39,731 nt of DNA from a virus (Duplodnaviria > Heunggongvirae > Uroviricota > Caudoviricetes), in IMG/VR virus record IMGVR_UViG_2718218171_000002, positions 1 to 39,731 of that record, one strand, 5' to 3'. A model generated the notes under the pieces. The model was not told the origin of the DNA. It did no database searches and saw only the letters and a program-made list of their open reading frames with translations. This document shows positions 30,571 to 39,731 of the stretch, one piece after another. A program made the position numbers and the translations under genes. Every line of letters starts with the position of its first letter. Position 1 is the first letter of the stretch.

Positions 30571-32046
30571 ATGGCTACGTGGCAACAGGGTATTAATTCT
30601 GGTGGGTTTCTTGCTGGCATCGGTGCGCAAAATGAGAATGCGCCAAAGGCAAGCGACATTAACGCAACGCTTGGTCTGATCCGCGAAAACAATGAACTGG
30701 CTCGCTCAGGTGCAAATAACGTTGGTCTGACCGCGTTACGTGGTCTGGCTGGAGTTGCTGATATTTATAAGCAGGAACAGCAACAGAAAGCGATTAATGC
30801 GTTCAATAAGGTTCATGCTGATGCATGGGCTTCTGGTGATCCATCGGGACTATTTAAGTTTGCCCAGGAAAATCCAGCGTTTGTTGCACAGGCACAACAG
30901 GCATTTTCCGGTCTTAATGAGCAGCAACGCAACGATATGGGCGATTTAGCCATGAGGGCTAACGTCGCTCTTTCTCAGGGACCGGAAGCCTACAGTAAAT
31001 TCATTACTGATAACAAGGACAGGTTAAATCGCGTGGGGGCGAATGCTGACTGGATGATTCAGACAGGTATTCAGAATCCAGAGCAGCTATCACACATGCT
31101 GACTACTATGTCTCTCGGTGCACTTGGGCCAGAAAAGGCGTTTGCTGTTCAGGACAAGATAGCTGGTCGTGAGATTGACCGAGGCAGACTGGCAGAGACA
31201 ATCCGCAGCAATCAGGCCAGCGAAGCACTTCAGGCGAGAGGGCAGGATATTAGCCGAGCAAATGCGTTAACGTCAGCATATGCACCAACAGCCGCAATGC
31301 AGAATTACAATCAGTACGCGCAAATGTTAAAGGCGGATCCAGATGGTGCAGCGGCATTTGCGGCAGCGGCGGGAATTAATCCCAATGCTAAGAAATTACT
31401 TAAGGTTGAAACCAATCCTGATGGATCGGTAACTAAGTATTACACCGATGGCAGCGAGGAAGCAGGAAAACTAAACCAACCTATATCTGGTGATGGCATT
31501 AAACCAATTAGTTTGCCACAAGCGCAAAGCATCATAGATAAGGCTAATGAGGGTTCCAAGAAGGCGGCAGGATTTGCTTTGCGATTAAAAGATTCAATGG
31601 ACTCAATGAATCAGCTTAGTAAAAGCATTGACCCTAAGCGAGTTGCATTAATAAATCGCTCTCTTGGTGATGGGACTATTGCAAATTTAAGCCTATCACC
31701 AGCGGAGCAGCAATATATGGTAAATGCGAGAGACGCCTTGTATGCAATTTTGCGCCCAGAAACAGGTGCAGCAATTACTCTGCCAGAGATGCAGGAGTAT
31801 TCCAAAATGTACCTGCCTCAGCCCGGTGATTCCAAGGCTGCTACTGAAACAAAAATGCGAAAAATGCAGGGCCAATATAACTCATTACGTGGTCAGTCTG
31901 GTCGCGTTTATGATGCTTTGGTGGTTTCAAGTGCTGCAAATAGTCAACAACAGAGCAATAGCCAACAACCGACAAATACCCAACAGCAGCAGAGTCAATC
32001 CGGATCATATACCTCAAAATCAGGCATTCAATTTACGGTGGAATGA
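30571..32046 (+). CDS. 20: ejection protein (P22 gp20-like)
   Basis: 491 aa; gene order. Confidence 0.7.
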   Translation: MATWQQGINSGGFLAGIGAQNENAPKASDINATLGLIRENNELARSGANNVGLTALRGLAGVADIYKQEQQQKAINAFNKVHADAWASGDPSGLFKFAQENPAFVAQAQQAFSGLNEQQRNDMGDLAMRANVALSQGPEAYSKFITDNKDRLNRVGANADWMIQTGIQNPEQLSHMLTTMSLGALGPEKAFAVQDKIAGREIDRGRLAETIRSNQASEALQARGQDISRANALTSAYAPTAAMQNYNQYAQMLKADPDGAAAFAAAAGINPNAKKLLKVETNPDGSVTKYYTDGSEEAGKLNQPISGDGIKPISLPQAQSIIDKANEGSKKAAGFALRLKDSMDSMNQLSKSIDPKRVALINRSLGDGTIANLSLSPAEQQYMVNARDALYAILRPETGAAITLPEMQEYSKMYLPQPGDSKAATETKMRKMQGQYNSLRGQSGRVYDALVVSSAANSQQQSNSQQPTNTQQQQSQSGSYTSKSGIQFTVE

Positions 32047-34172
32047 TGAAAGTAACTGCAAACGGTAAGACATTTACCTTCCCTGATGGTACGAGCACGG
32101 AAGATATTGGCACCGCCATTGATGAGTATTTTGCTGGTCAGGCTGTTCAGCAACAAACAGTTAATCAGGCCAATAATGAACCAGCACGTGAAGAACCATC
32201 ATTGATGCAACAAGCTGGCGATTGGCTCACAGGTGGTCAAAGTGCAGGGCAAATTGCAGAGCAGGCTGGTCGTGGTCTGGTAAACATACCATTTGACGTA
32301 TTGCAGGGTGGCGCAAGTCTGATTAATGCAATCAGCCAGGGGCTTGGTGGCCCCAAGGTTTTGGATGATGTTTATCGCCCTGTCGATCGACCGACAGACC
32401 CTTACGCGCAAGCCGGTGAAACAATTGGTGGGTATCTCCTGCCAATTGGCACAGCGGCAAAAGCTGCTGGAGCGCCAGCAAAGCTCGCTGGAGATATCGG
32501 TTCCGCAGGAAACATGATTGCAGGTTCTCTTGCTGATGCTGCAAATCAGGAGGGCGACTTTGCACAAAATGCTGCCATTAACGGTGGTATCAATATTGGT
32601 GCTCAAGGCGTTCTTTCAGGTGTCGGGCGCGTTATTGCGCCAAGGGTTTCACAGGCTCTTGGTGGTGCAGCACTGAATTCTGCTAATGATGTTTCCAGGA
32701 TGGCAAAGTCAGGTGCTGGGCGTCAGTCAATTGCCAGTCAGGCCGCTAATGTGTCCGAAGATGTAGCAAAAGCAGCTGAGTCTGCTGGAATTGATATAAA
32801 CGCATTAACACCAGGAATGCGATCTGGAAGTCGTGGAATTGCACAAGCCGAAGGCGCATTGGCATCAACACCAGGAATTGTTCAGGACGCCCATCAGGCA
32901 GCATTTAACGAAATATCATCAAAGTTAAGTCGAAACCTTGATGAATTTGGGGCCGCATCTGGAACGGCATCAGAAAAAAGTGCGGCTATAAAACAAAGGA
33001 TCCTTCAAAATCTTGATCAGATGAAGGATGCCGAGCGCGAGGCATGGGATGACGTGCGGTCAACAATGCCAAATCAAAAAGCAAGAATGCTAAATGGTAA
33101 TGCCGTTATTCAGGCAGAGCGATCTGCTGGCATACCGCTTACTCCTGAAATGAAACAGTTTGTTCAGGCAAACAATCAAGGTGGAGTAACATTTGATGGC
33201 ATGAAAGCATGGAGAGCGAAATTTGCTGATGCGGAGCAAAAATATAAGCGTAGCGGAGAGGCAAATGCGGCAAGGAGAGCAGGGGAAATACGCCGGGCAA
33301 TTACTGATGATATGCGCACAATGGCGGAAAACGGCGGATTTCTTGATGACTGGCAGAAAGCTAATGATCTGTCTAAAGCGAGGTTATCAGCACAAGAGGG
33401 TGCAGAGTCTGTTTTCGGGCGTGATTTGGCAACAGATGCACTGATTACGAATGGAGTAAAATCCCTTCAATCATCTTCAGCTAAAGGTCTTAATGGTCCT
33501 GCTGGATTCCATTCTATGATCCGCGCTCTGCCGGTATCAGAGCGTGTTCCTGCTATATCATCAATGCTGCAAGATGCTATCTCGCATGGTGTCCGTGGTG
33601 GCAAATCTGATGCAGCAGGAATTAACCATATTGCAGAGATACTCACGCCACAAAATGTAAAAGCCATTAGCCGATATTCCTCAGAGCTTGGAAGAATTGC
33701 TGATGCATATGGCACTCTTGCAAGAGCAGCTGTGAAACCTCAGCAGCATATTGAAAGAACAGGGAGAACTGCCAATGTACTACGCGATCTTGATGCTGGT
33801 TTATCCAACGTTACATCAACAGTGTTAAATGCAATTGCCAACTCAACATCAGGTGCCATTGTTGGTGGAGCAGGAGGCGGGGGCGTTGCTGGCGCTGCCG
33901 CAGGTGCTTTAATTGGCGCTGGGTTAAAAGGCGCTGTATCTAAAATTGCCACCACACGTAGTGGTCGGTATGCGATAGAGAAAGCAGTTCAGGAAGCAAC
34001 TAAAGCAGTAAGAGCAGGCGGAAGCAAAGAAGCATTAGTGGCGGCTGAACGCAGATTTATGGCAAATAAAGCTGCCGTAAAAGCAATACGTGACACAGTC
34101 GGAAACGAAGAGTTCAATCGCTTAGCGAGGGCTGGCATTGTAGCGTCGCTAAGCGGAATAGCACAGGAGTAA
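32043..34172 (+). CDS. 16: ejection protein (P22 gp16-like)
   Basis: 709 aa; Gly/Ala-rich segments; gene order; ATGA coupling. Confidence 0.7.
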   Translation: MMKVTANGKTFTFPDGTSTEDIGTAIDEYFAGQAVQQQTVNQANNEPAREEPSLMQQAGDWLTGGQSAGQIAEQAGRGLVNIPFDVLQGGASLINAISQGLGGPKVLDDVYRPVDRPTDPYAQAGETIGGYLLPIGTAAKAAGAPAKLAGDIGSAGNMIAGSLADAANQEGDFAQNAAINGGINIGAQGVLSGVGRVIAPRVSQALGGAALNSANDVSRMAKSGAGRQSIASQAANVSEDVAKAAESAGIDINALTPGMRSGSRGIAQAEGALASTPGIVQDAHQAAFNEISSKLSRNLDEFGAASGTASEKSAAIKQRILQNLDQMKDAEREAWDDVRSTMPNQKARMLNGNAVIQAERSAGIPLTPEMKQFVQANNQGGVTFDGMKAWRAKFADAEQKYKRSGEANAARRAGEIRRAITDDMRTMAENGGFLDDWQKANDLSKARLSAQEGAESVFGRDLATDALITNGVKSLQSSSAKGLNGPAGFHSMIRALPVSERVPAISSMLQDAISHGVRGGKSDAAGINHIAEILTPQNVKAISRYSSELGRIADAYGTLARAAVKPQQHIERTGRTANVLRDLDAGLSNVTSTVLNAIANSTSGAIVGGAGGGGVAGAAAGALIGAGLKGAVSKIATTRSGRYAIEKAVQEATKAVRAGGSKEALVAAERRFMANKAAVKAIRDTVGNEEFNRLARAGIVASLSGIAQE

Positions 34173-34496
34173 TTAATCATCCATGGATGGATTGAGCTTA
34201 TCTCGTGTTGATGTGGCGATTTGTCCTACATTTCTAAGCCAAGATTTCAAATCCTTGATATTGTCATTGATTTCATGAATATCTTCTTTTTTTAATCTGT
34301 TAACATTATTTTCAATAATTTCAATGGATTGCTCAATATCAGATATAGTGAATGATAGTTTGTTCTTCTCATCTTTTATTGAGTTTTTAAGTGCTTCGTT
34401 CTCAGTCTTGAGGTCAGATATCTTTTGTTTTAAAGATGCCAGTTGGTACTGAACCACAATGAGTGCGATAGCTATCACGATAACTGTTGTATACAC
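34173..34496 (-). CDS. single-pass membrane coiled-coil protein (107 aa), function unknown
   Basis: GTG start after AAGGAGG RBS; N-terminal TM helix TTVIVIAIALIVVQY; strongly AT-rich; stop abuts gene 16 stop. Confidence 0.5.
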   Translation of the reverse strand: MYTTVIVIAIALIVVQYQLASLKQKISDLKTENEALKNSIKDEKNKLSFTISDIEQSIEIIENNVNRLKKEDIHEINDNIKDLKSWLRNVGQIATSTRDKLNPSMDD

Positions 34497-34613
34497 ACCA
34501 ACCTCCTTAGTTTTGAGCAGGATACCATGAAAAAAGTAAACATCTTTTGCCTACTTCACATTTGAATGTTTTGTCATTAGGATGTTTCCGGTTTTTTAAA
34601 TATGGAAATTGAT

Positions 34614-35033
34614 ATGAAGAGGATTATCGGCGTCGTTGCTGGCGCTATATTGTTATCTGGGTGCGCAACTATTGTTGGTGACGAAACACAGCTTGTGCAA
34701 GTGAACAGCAATCCTTCCGGTGCGATCTTTAAGGTAAAAGACGAATCAGGCGTGATTGTTGCGCAAGGTAAGACCCCGCAAGGAGTAACTCTTGCCAAGT
34801 CGGATGGTAGTTATTTTGGCAAAAAGAGCTACCAGATCACTATGGAGAAGGATGGGTACGAACCAGTTACCCTGCCAATCAAAGCCAATGCTAATGGTTG
34901 GTATATTGGTGGGAACCTTGTGTTTGGTGGGTTAATTGGTTGGCTTGCTGTAGATCCATTTAATGGTGGGATGTATACCTTGAAGCCAAAAGAGGCAAAC
35001 GCATCTCTTATACCATCAACAAAGCAAGACTAA
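34614..35033 (+). CDS. predicted lipoprotein with PEGA-like domain (alternative start 34602)
   Basis: Signal peptide with lipobox LLSGC; PSGA..GKTP motif; Gly-rich hydrophobic C-terminal segment. Confidence 0.55.
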   Translation: MKRIIGVVAGAILLSGCATIVGDETQLVQVNSNPSGAIFKVKDESGVIVAQGKTPQGVTLAKSDGSYFGKKSYQITMEKDGYEPVTLPIKANANGWYIGGNLVFGGLIGWLAVDPFNGGMYTLKPKEANASLIPSTKQD

Positions 35034-35041
35034 TAAATAGG

Positions 35042-35066
35042 ACCCACCTTCAGGTGGGTTTTTTGT
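35042..35066. terminator. bidirectional intrinsic terminator between lipoprotein gene and mnt
   Basis: Stem ACCCACC/GGTGGGT with TTCA loop followed by TTTTTTG; mnt stop codon lies within the hairpin. Confidence 0.6.
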
Positions 35067-35301
35067 ACAAATCCTTCAGCGTATCAAACACCATCTTCTT
35101 AACAAGCTCTGATTGCTCATCAGCGATGCGTTCCGCATCGTCTCGATAGCCTGAAATTTTGGATGGCCTTGATACAGCATCAGTCACTATCTGAACTAAT
35201 TCTGAATTAAGAGAGCGGCCATTGGATTTGGCTCGCTGTTTTAGTTTTTCCTTTAATTCGTAAGGTAGCCGCAGATTAAATTGCGGGTCATCTCTTCCCA
35301 T
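35050..35301 (-). CDS. mnt: Mnt repressor (ribbon-helix-helix, P22 immI)
   Basis: 83 aa, matches P22 Mnt as remembered, including C-terminal ERIADEQSELVKKMVFDTLKDLYKK. Confidence 0.85.
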   Translation of the reverse strand: MGRDDPQFNLRLPYELKEKLKQRAKSNGRSLNSELVQIVTDAVSRPSKISGYRDDAERIADEQSELVKKMVFDTLKDLYKKPT

Positions 35302-35365
35302 TCTTGATGCCTCGCTCTTGTGAGTGGATCGGCATCTTATTATCTGCTGGTTGCATCCTCAATAA

Positions 35366-35378
35366 GACCACGGTGGTC
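35366..35378. promoter_or_regulatory. putative Mnt operator (palindrome GACCACGGTGGTC)
   Basis: Perfect 13-bp palindrome containing the CCACGGTGG core remembered for the P22 mnt operator; sits between mnt and the tailspike gene. Confidence 0.55.
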
Positions 35379-35436
35379 GTATTTTTTGATTAATAATGAA
35401 TCACTGCGGCCATTCCTTGTATCTGGAGCAAATTAA

Positions 35437-37854
35437 ATGACAGACATTACAGCCAATGTTGTAGTGAGCATGCCTTCGCAACTCTTTACTATGGCCCGCT
35501 CTTTTAAAGCCGTAGCTAATGGCAAAATTTATATCGGTAAAATTGACACTGACCCAGTAAATCCAGAAAACCAGATTCAGGTTTATGTGGAGAACGAAGA
35601 CGGCTCTCACGTTCCTGTTTCTCAACCAATCATCATTAACGCTGCTGGTTATCCGGTATATAACGGACAGATTGCCAAGTTTGTAACTGTGCAAGGCCAT
35701 TCTATGGCTGTTTATGATGCGTATGGTGCGCAGCAGTTCTATTTTCCTAATGTGCTGAAGTATGACCCTGATCAGTTACGTCAGCAATTAGAAGACCCAT
35801 ATGGTGCGGAAAAATACCCTGAATTACAAATAGCCAGATGGATAGATGATGGAGATGTAAGGGGGTGGGGGTTAAAACCAGGCTATTATTTTGATAATAG
35901 TTCTGTATGGGAAAATCTGTTAAATTCTGGACGCAAAGATTTTGTTGTGCCTTCTGGTGTTTTCAGATTTTCTAACGGAATTGATATACCAGGAGACTTT
36001 AGATTTATAGGGCAGGGCTCTCCTATTCTTGGTTTTGGCACAGATGATGATAAGCATTTTTTGTCTGAAGGAATTAAGCAAAACATGCCGGGTTCATCAT
36101 TTATATTTTCTGGAAAAGGGACAAGAGAAGCCACGGCGTACAATCGCAATGACCAATTTTCAAGCGTAAGGTATTGTGTGCGAGTTATGTCACCAGAGTA
36201 TGGTTCTAGTGGAGCCGTATTACGTGGTATTGCAATAATTCAGGACATGGTCTGCTTTGATGGTGATGGTATTCCAACAACCCCTAATAATGATATGCGT
36301 TCAGATTATGAGTGTGGTGTTTATTACGACGACTCTGCAAGAAATCTTCAGGAGGATGTTTGTGTATTCGGATACTTTTCAAAAGCAGGTACAATAATTC
36401 AGTCAAAGCAAGGAAACGATGACCCTGATTACAATACCATTACTGGTGGGTCAACTATGGGGAGAGTCGGTTTAGCAATTCTTGGTTCAAACACTGGGCC
36501 TGCAAGTTATGGTCTCAGCGGAACTAGAGTAGATAAATGTGGTATTTATACCCTTGATCACCACAGTCGTGCATCAATGTCTCATGAAGAGCTTGTTTCT
36601 TATTACTCTAGCGCAAACACATGGCGATGCCTTTATATAGATGGTGATGTTAATGCGACATCCGCTGAAATAAATGGGCATTACTTTTATGGCTGTGAGT
36701 TTAGAACCAGAGCTAATCATGCATTAGAATTTGATCACGCATCCAACATCCAGTTTTATGGTGGCGTGGTAGAGCAATCCCCTTATGGTATTACAAATTC
36801 AGATATTCCGACTTTTATTGGTTCTGAGAATGTAAAGAGAGGCGTTGGTTTTTATGGCGTGCGCATGAATTATATTTCTCAGATATTTAATGACAATTTT
36901 GCTGGAGTGATTCCTGTAAAAATAATAGTTTCAGGCGATCCGCTAAACGGTAGATTTGGAGTTGTAGGTAAAGACCCAGCAGGCGGTTATACCGTTGCAA
37001 TTCTTGGCTCTGATGGGAATATTGGTGACGCATCAATTCAGTTTACGAAGAATGCTGCTGATGGGTCTACAGGATGGAAAGTGATGATGGATGCAAGCTC
37101 CGACAGACTATTGGTCAGCAAGGATGGAGAAACCATGACGTCACTCACTGAGACAGGAATGTACACTGTATCGGCTCCATCTGGTTCTGATGCTATTCTT
37201 GGCCTGCTCAGTAATGGCAACGCTACATCTTGGTTCATGAGAACACAATACAACAGTGTAGGTCAATTACAGTTCAGACATGGTGGGTCTGGAGCTACTC
37301 CAGCAATGCAAATAGCAACGTCAGGAGGAATAACTCCTGGAACTGATGCCACTTCAAATATAGGTAGCGCATCACTACGATATAACATTGGTTATTTTGC
37401 CGGAGGAACCCAGTCAAGCTCTGATGCAAGACTGAAGGATCCGATAAGAGAAATGACAGATTCTGAAAAGTCAGCAGCTAAAGAAATAGGAGAAATGATT
37501 GGGTTTTGGACATGGATTGATGATGACTCAAAGCGTTTGCATGCAGGAATAACAGTTCAATCAGTTATATCTGTATTAGAAAAACATGGATTAAATTGGA
37601 GGAATTATTCATTTATAGGTTTTGATGAATGGGATGACATATATGATGATGTAGTTAAAGACATCGAAGTTGAAGATGCGAATGGTAATAAAAAAATAAT
37701 ATCGGTTAATTCTGGAGAGAAAAAGCTTGTAAAAAAAGCAGGGAATCTTTTTCAATTTAGAGACCAAGAATTAGACAGATTTATAATGAGAGGGTTATCA
37801 GAAAGGATATCTGATATTGAAGATTTATTGATTAAAAAAGTTATTAAACAATAA
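35437..37854 (+). CDS. 9: tailspike protein: P22 gp9-type head-binding domain, beta-helix-type receptor-binding region, C-terminal intramolecular chaperone (S74-like) domain
   Basis: N-terminal ~115 aa matches P22 gp9; SDARLK self-cleavage-type motif about 144 aa from the C-terminus; 3' ~440 bp strongly AT-rich. Confidence 0.85.
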   Translation: MTDITANVVVSMPSQLFTMARSFKAVANGKIYIGKIDTDPVNPENQIQVYVENEDGSHVPVSQPIIINAAGYPVYNGQIAKFVTVQGHSMAVYDAYGAQQFYFPNVLKYDPDQLRQQLEDPYGAEKYPELQIARWIDDGDVRGWGLKPGYYFDNSSVWENLLNSGRKDFVVPSGVFRFSNGIDIPGDFRFIGQGSPILGFGTDDDKHFLSEGIKQNMPGSSFIFSGKGTREATAYNRNDQFSSVRYCVRVMSPEYGSSGAVLRGIAIIQDMVCFDGDGIPTTPNNDMRSDYECGVYYDDSARNLQEDVCVFGYFSKAGTIIQSKQGNDDPDYNTITGGSTMGRVGLAILGSNTGPASYGLSGTRVDKCGIYTLDHHSRASMSHEELVSYYSSANTWRCLYIDGDVNATSAEINGHYFYGCEFRTRANHALEFDHASNIQFYGGVVEQSPYGITNSDIPTFIGSENVKRGVGFYGVRMNYISQIFNDNFAGVIPVKIIVSGDPLNGRFGVVGKDPAGGYTVAILGSDGNIGDASIQFTKNAADGSTGWKVMMDASSDRLLVSKDGETMTSLTETGMYTVSAPSGSDAILGLLSNGNATSWFMRTQYNSVGQLQFRHGGSGATPAMQIATSGGITPGTDATSNIGSASLRYNIGYFAGGTQSSSDARLKDPIREMTDSEKSAAKEIGEMIGFWTWIDDDSKRLHAGITVQSVISVLEKHGLNWRNYSFIGFDEWDDIYDDVVKDIEVEDANGNKKIISVNSGEKKLVKKAGNLFQFRDQELDRFIMRGLSERISDIEDLLIKKVIKQ

Positions 37855-38558
37855 TACAACAACAAAGCTTTGCACTGGATTGCAAGGCTTTGTGCTCTTC
37901 GATAGTGGTTAAGGTTGATCACACCACCTTTTCATCAATCCAATCCGCCCACCACTGCATCATTTCTCTGCGCTTAACGTAGCGGATGCCTCACTATCAC
38001 ACGGTGATGGTTCGTTACTGGTTTGCAGAATGGATAGAGAACTGAGGATAAAAAGATATCCCAAAACTCTAAAATCTCATCTTTAGGATTTGCAGACAGG
38101 TAGGCATGAACAGATACCTACGCATGAAGATGGAACTAGTCCGGATGCGATATTTTTGGTGATCACGTACATCATCAACGAAGAGCGTTATGGTGAGTTT
38201 TATGACTGCCCGGTGATGTGAAAATTGCGATGTGTACCAAATTGTGTACCAAACTAAAATCATAAACCATGAAACCCTTACTCATGGCTGTTCTCAGGTG
38301 GGGTGCGTGTAATCGTGAAACAAAAAGGTAGATTGTTGCTTACCGTCATTCATCATTAGGTTAAATCCGTTGTTTCTGCTGTCTGCCAGAGTATCAAATA
38401 TCACCGTGCTAATCAGCTTTAGCGCAACAATTTGACAGCGAGTGGCAACAGATCATGTCAGATAAAAATGCGAGGGTAGTCACATTTTCTTGCACTTTAT
38501 TCCAGCCAGTTCATAAGTATTTCCGTAAAAAGAACAGCTATTTGAAACTCCTGAGGGT

Positions 38559-39731
38559 TTGCTGTTGAAACGCCGTCTTATTATTGCTGCTTCTTTGTTC
38601 GTTTTTAACTTATCGTCTGGTTTTGCGGCGGAAAACATTCCTTTTTCACCTCAGCCTCCAGAGATTCATGCCGGCTCCTGGGTATTGATGGATTACACCA
38701 CCGGTCAGATCCTCACCGCGGGTAATGAGCATCAACAGCGCAATCCCGCCAGCCTGACAAAGCTGATGACGGGCTATGTCGTGGATCGCGCTATCGATAG
38801 TCATCGCATTACGCCAGACGATATTGTCACCGTGGGGCGCGATGCGTGGGCGAAAGATAATCCAGTGTTTGTCGGTTCTTCACTGATGTTTTTGAAAGAG
38901 GGCGATCGCGTATCGGTACGTGATTTAAGCCGTGGTTTAATTGTGGATTCCGGAAATGATGCTTGTGTTGCTCTGGCTGACTATATTGCCGGTGGGCAAC
39001 GGCAGTTTGTTGAAATGATGAACAACTATGCCGAGAAGCTGCATCTCAAGGATACGCATTTTGAAACAGTGCATGGTCTGGATGCACCAGGCCAGCATAG
39101 CTCGGCTTATGATTTAGCTGTGCTTTCTCGCGCTATCATCCACGGCGAGCCCGAGTTTTATCATATGTACAGTGAGAAAAGTCTCACCTGGAACGGTATC
39201 ACCCAGCAAAACCGTAACGGGTTATTGTGGGATAAAACCATGAATGTTGACGGCCTGAAAACGGGTCATACTTCTGGTGCCGGGTTTAATCTCATTGCTT
39301 CGGCTGTAGATGGGCAGCGTCGTCTCATTGCAGTGGTAATGGGGGCTGACAGTGCAAAAGGTCGTGAGGAAGAGGCAAGAAAATTACTGCGTTGGGGGCA
39401 ACAAAACTTTACTACGGTGCAAATTTTGCATCGTGGGAAAAAGGTCGGTACGGAACGCATCTGGTATGGCGATAAAGAAAATATCGCCCTGGGAACGGAA
39501 CAAGAGTTCTGGATGGTGCTACCGAAAGCCGAAATTCCACATATCAAAGCCAAATATACCCTTGATGGTAAAGAGCTCACTGCGCCAATTAGCGCCCATC
39601 AGCGGGTAGGGGAAATTGAACTTTACGACCGTGATAAACAGGTGGCGCACTGGCCGCTGGTTACCCTGGAATCTGTCGGGGAAGGCAGCATGTTTTCCCG
39701 CCTGAGTGATTATTTCCACCATAAGGCTTGA
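38559..39731 (+). CDS. dacD: D-alanyl-D-alanine carboxypeptidase, DacD-like (host gene)
   Basis: 390 aa; penicillin-binding motifs SLTK, SGN, KTG; TTG start; stop codon is the last three bases of the window. Confidence 0.85.
   Translation: MLLKRRLIIAASLFVFNLSSGFAAENIPFSPQPPEIHAGSWVLMDYTTGQILTAGNEHQQRNPASLTKLMTGYVVDRAIDSHRITPDDIVTVGRDAWAKDNPVFVGSSLMFLKEGDRVSVRDLSRGLIVDSGNDACVALADYIAGGQRQFVEMMNNYAEKLHLKDTHFETVHGLDAPGQHSSAYDLAVLSRAIIHGEPEFYHMYSEKSLTWNGITQQNRNGLLWDKTMNVDGLKTGHTSGAGFNLIASAVDGQRRLIAVVMGADSAKGREEEARKLLRWGQQNFTTVQILHRGKKVGTERIWYGDKENIALGTEQEFWMVLPKAEIPHIKAKYTLDGKELTAPISAHQRVGEIELYDRDKQVAHWPLVTLESVGEGSMFSRLSDYFHHKA

Larger units (their letters stand above)
1..37854. mobile_element. 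P22-like lambdoid prophage, truncated at left window edge (integrase expected upstream of position 1)
   Basis: Contiguous phage gene order: xis, early-left operon, immunity, replication, nin, Q, lysis, terminase, portal, scaffold, coat, ejection proteins, tailspike. Host-like dacD follows at 38559. Exact right boundary not determined. Confidence 0.85.

Noticed and set aside
32199-32606. 135-aa minus-strand ORF inside gene 16
   Set aside because: Antisense to a structural gene in a continuous late operon.
38069-38263. 64-aa minus-strand ORF in the prophage-host junction
   Set aside because: No RBS and low-complexity sequence; probably non-coding.
1-39731. CRISPR arrays, rRNA genes or insertion sequences
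   Set aside because: No regularly spaced direct repeats with unique spacers, no rRNA-like sequence and no transposase ORF were seen.

Overview
Nearly the whole window (1 to ~37,854) is a P22-like lambdoid prophage with a mosaic build; the right end (38,559-39,731) is a host DacD-like D-alanyl-D-alanine carboxypeptidase gene. All protein identifications are from reading the six-frame translations against remembered family sequences and motifs; no database search was run. Layout, left to right: AlpA-type excisionase (integrase presumably just left of the window); a leftward early operon of accessory genes with N-like antiterminator, RecT and a Gp157-family protein; a P22-type immunity region (c2, cro, c1) with identical nutL/nutR copies; O-like initiator with internal iterons and a DnaB-type helicase; a lambda-type nin region, Q, PR'/tR' and S-R-Rz-Rz1 lysis cassette; then P22-type terminase, portal, scaffold, coat, tail-accessory and ejection genes, mnt and a tailspike. 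No tRNA, rRNA, CRISPR array or IS element was recognised. The best candidate for an undescribed function is an AT-rich divergent gene pair (single-pass membrane protein plus lipoprotein, 34,173-35,033) sitting where P22 carries sieA; this is positional inference only. Other points worth a second look: an mnt repressor with its operator directly upstream of the tailspike gene and no arc/ant; an antisense HNH endonuclease gene between scaffold and coat; a chimeric tailspike with a C-terminal self-cleaving chaperone domain; 42-bp tandem repeats in the tail-needle gene; and several small acidic unknown proteins in the early-left operon.
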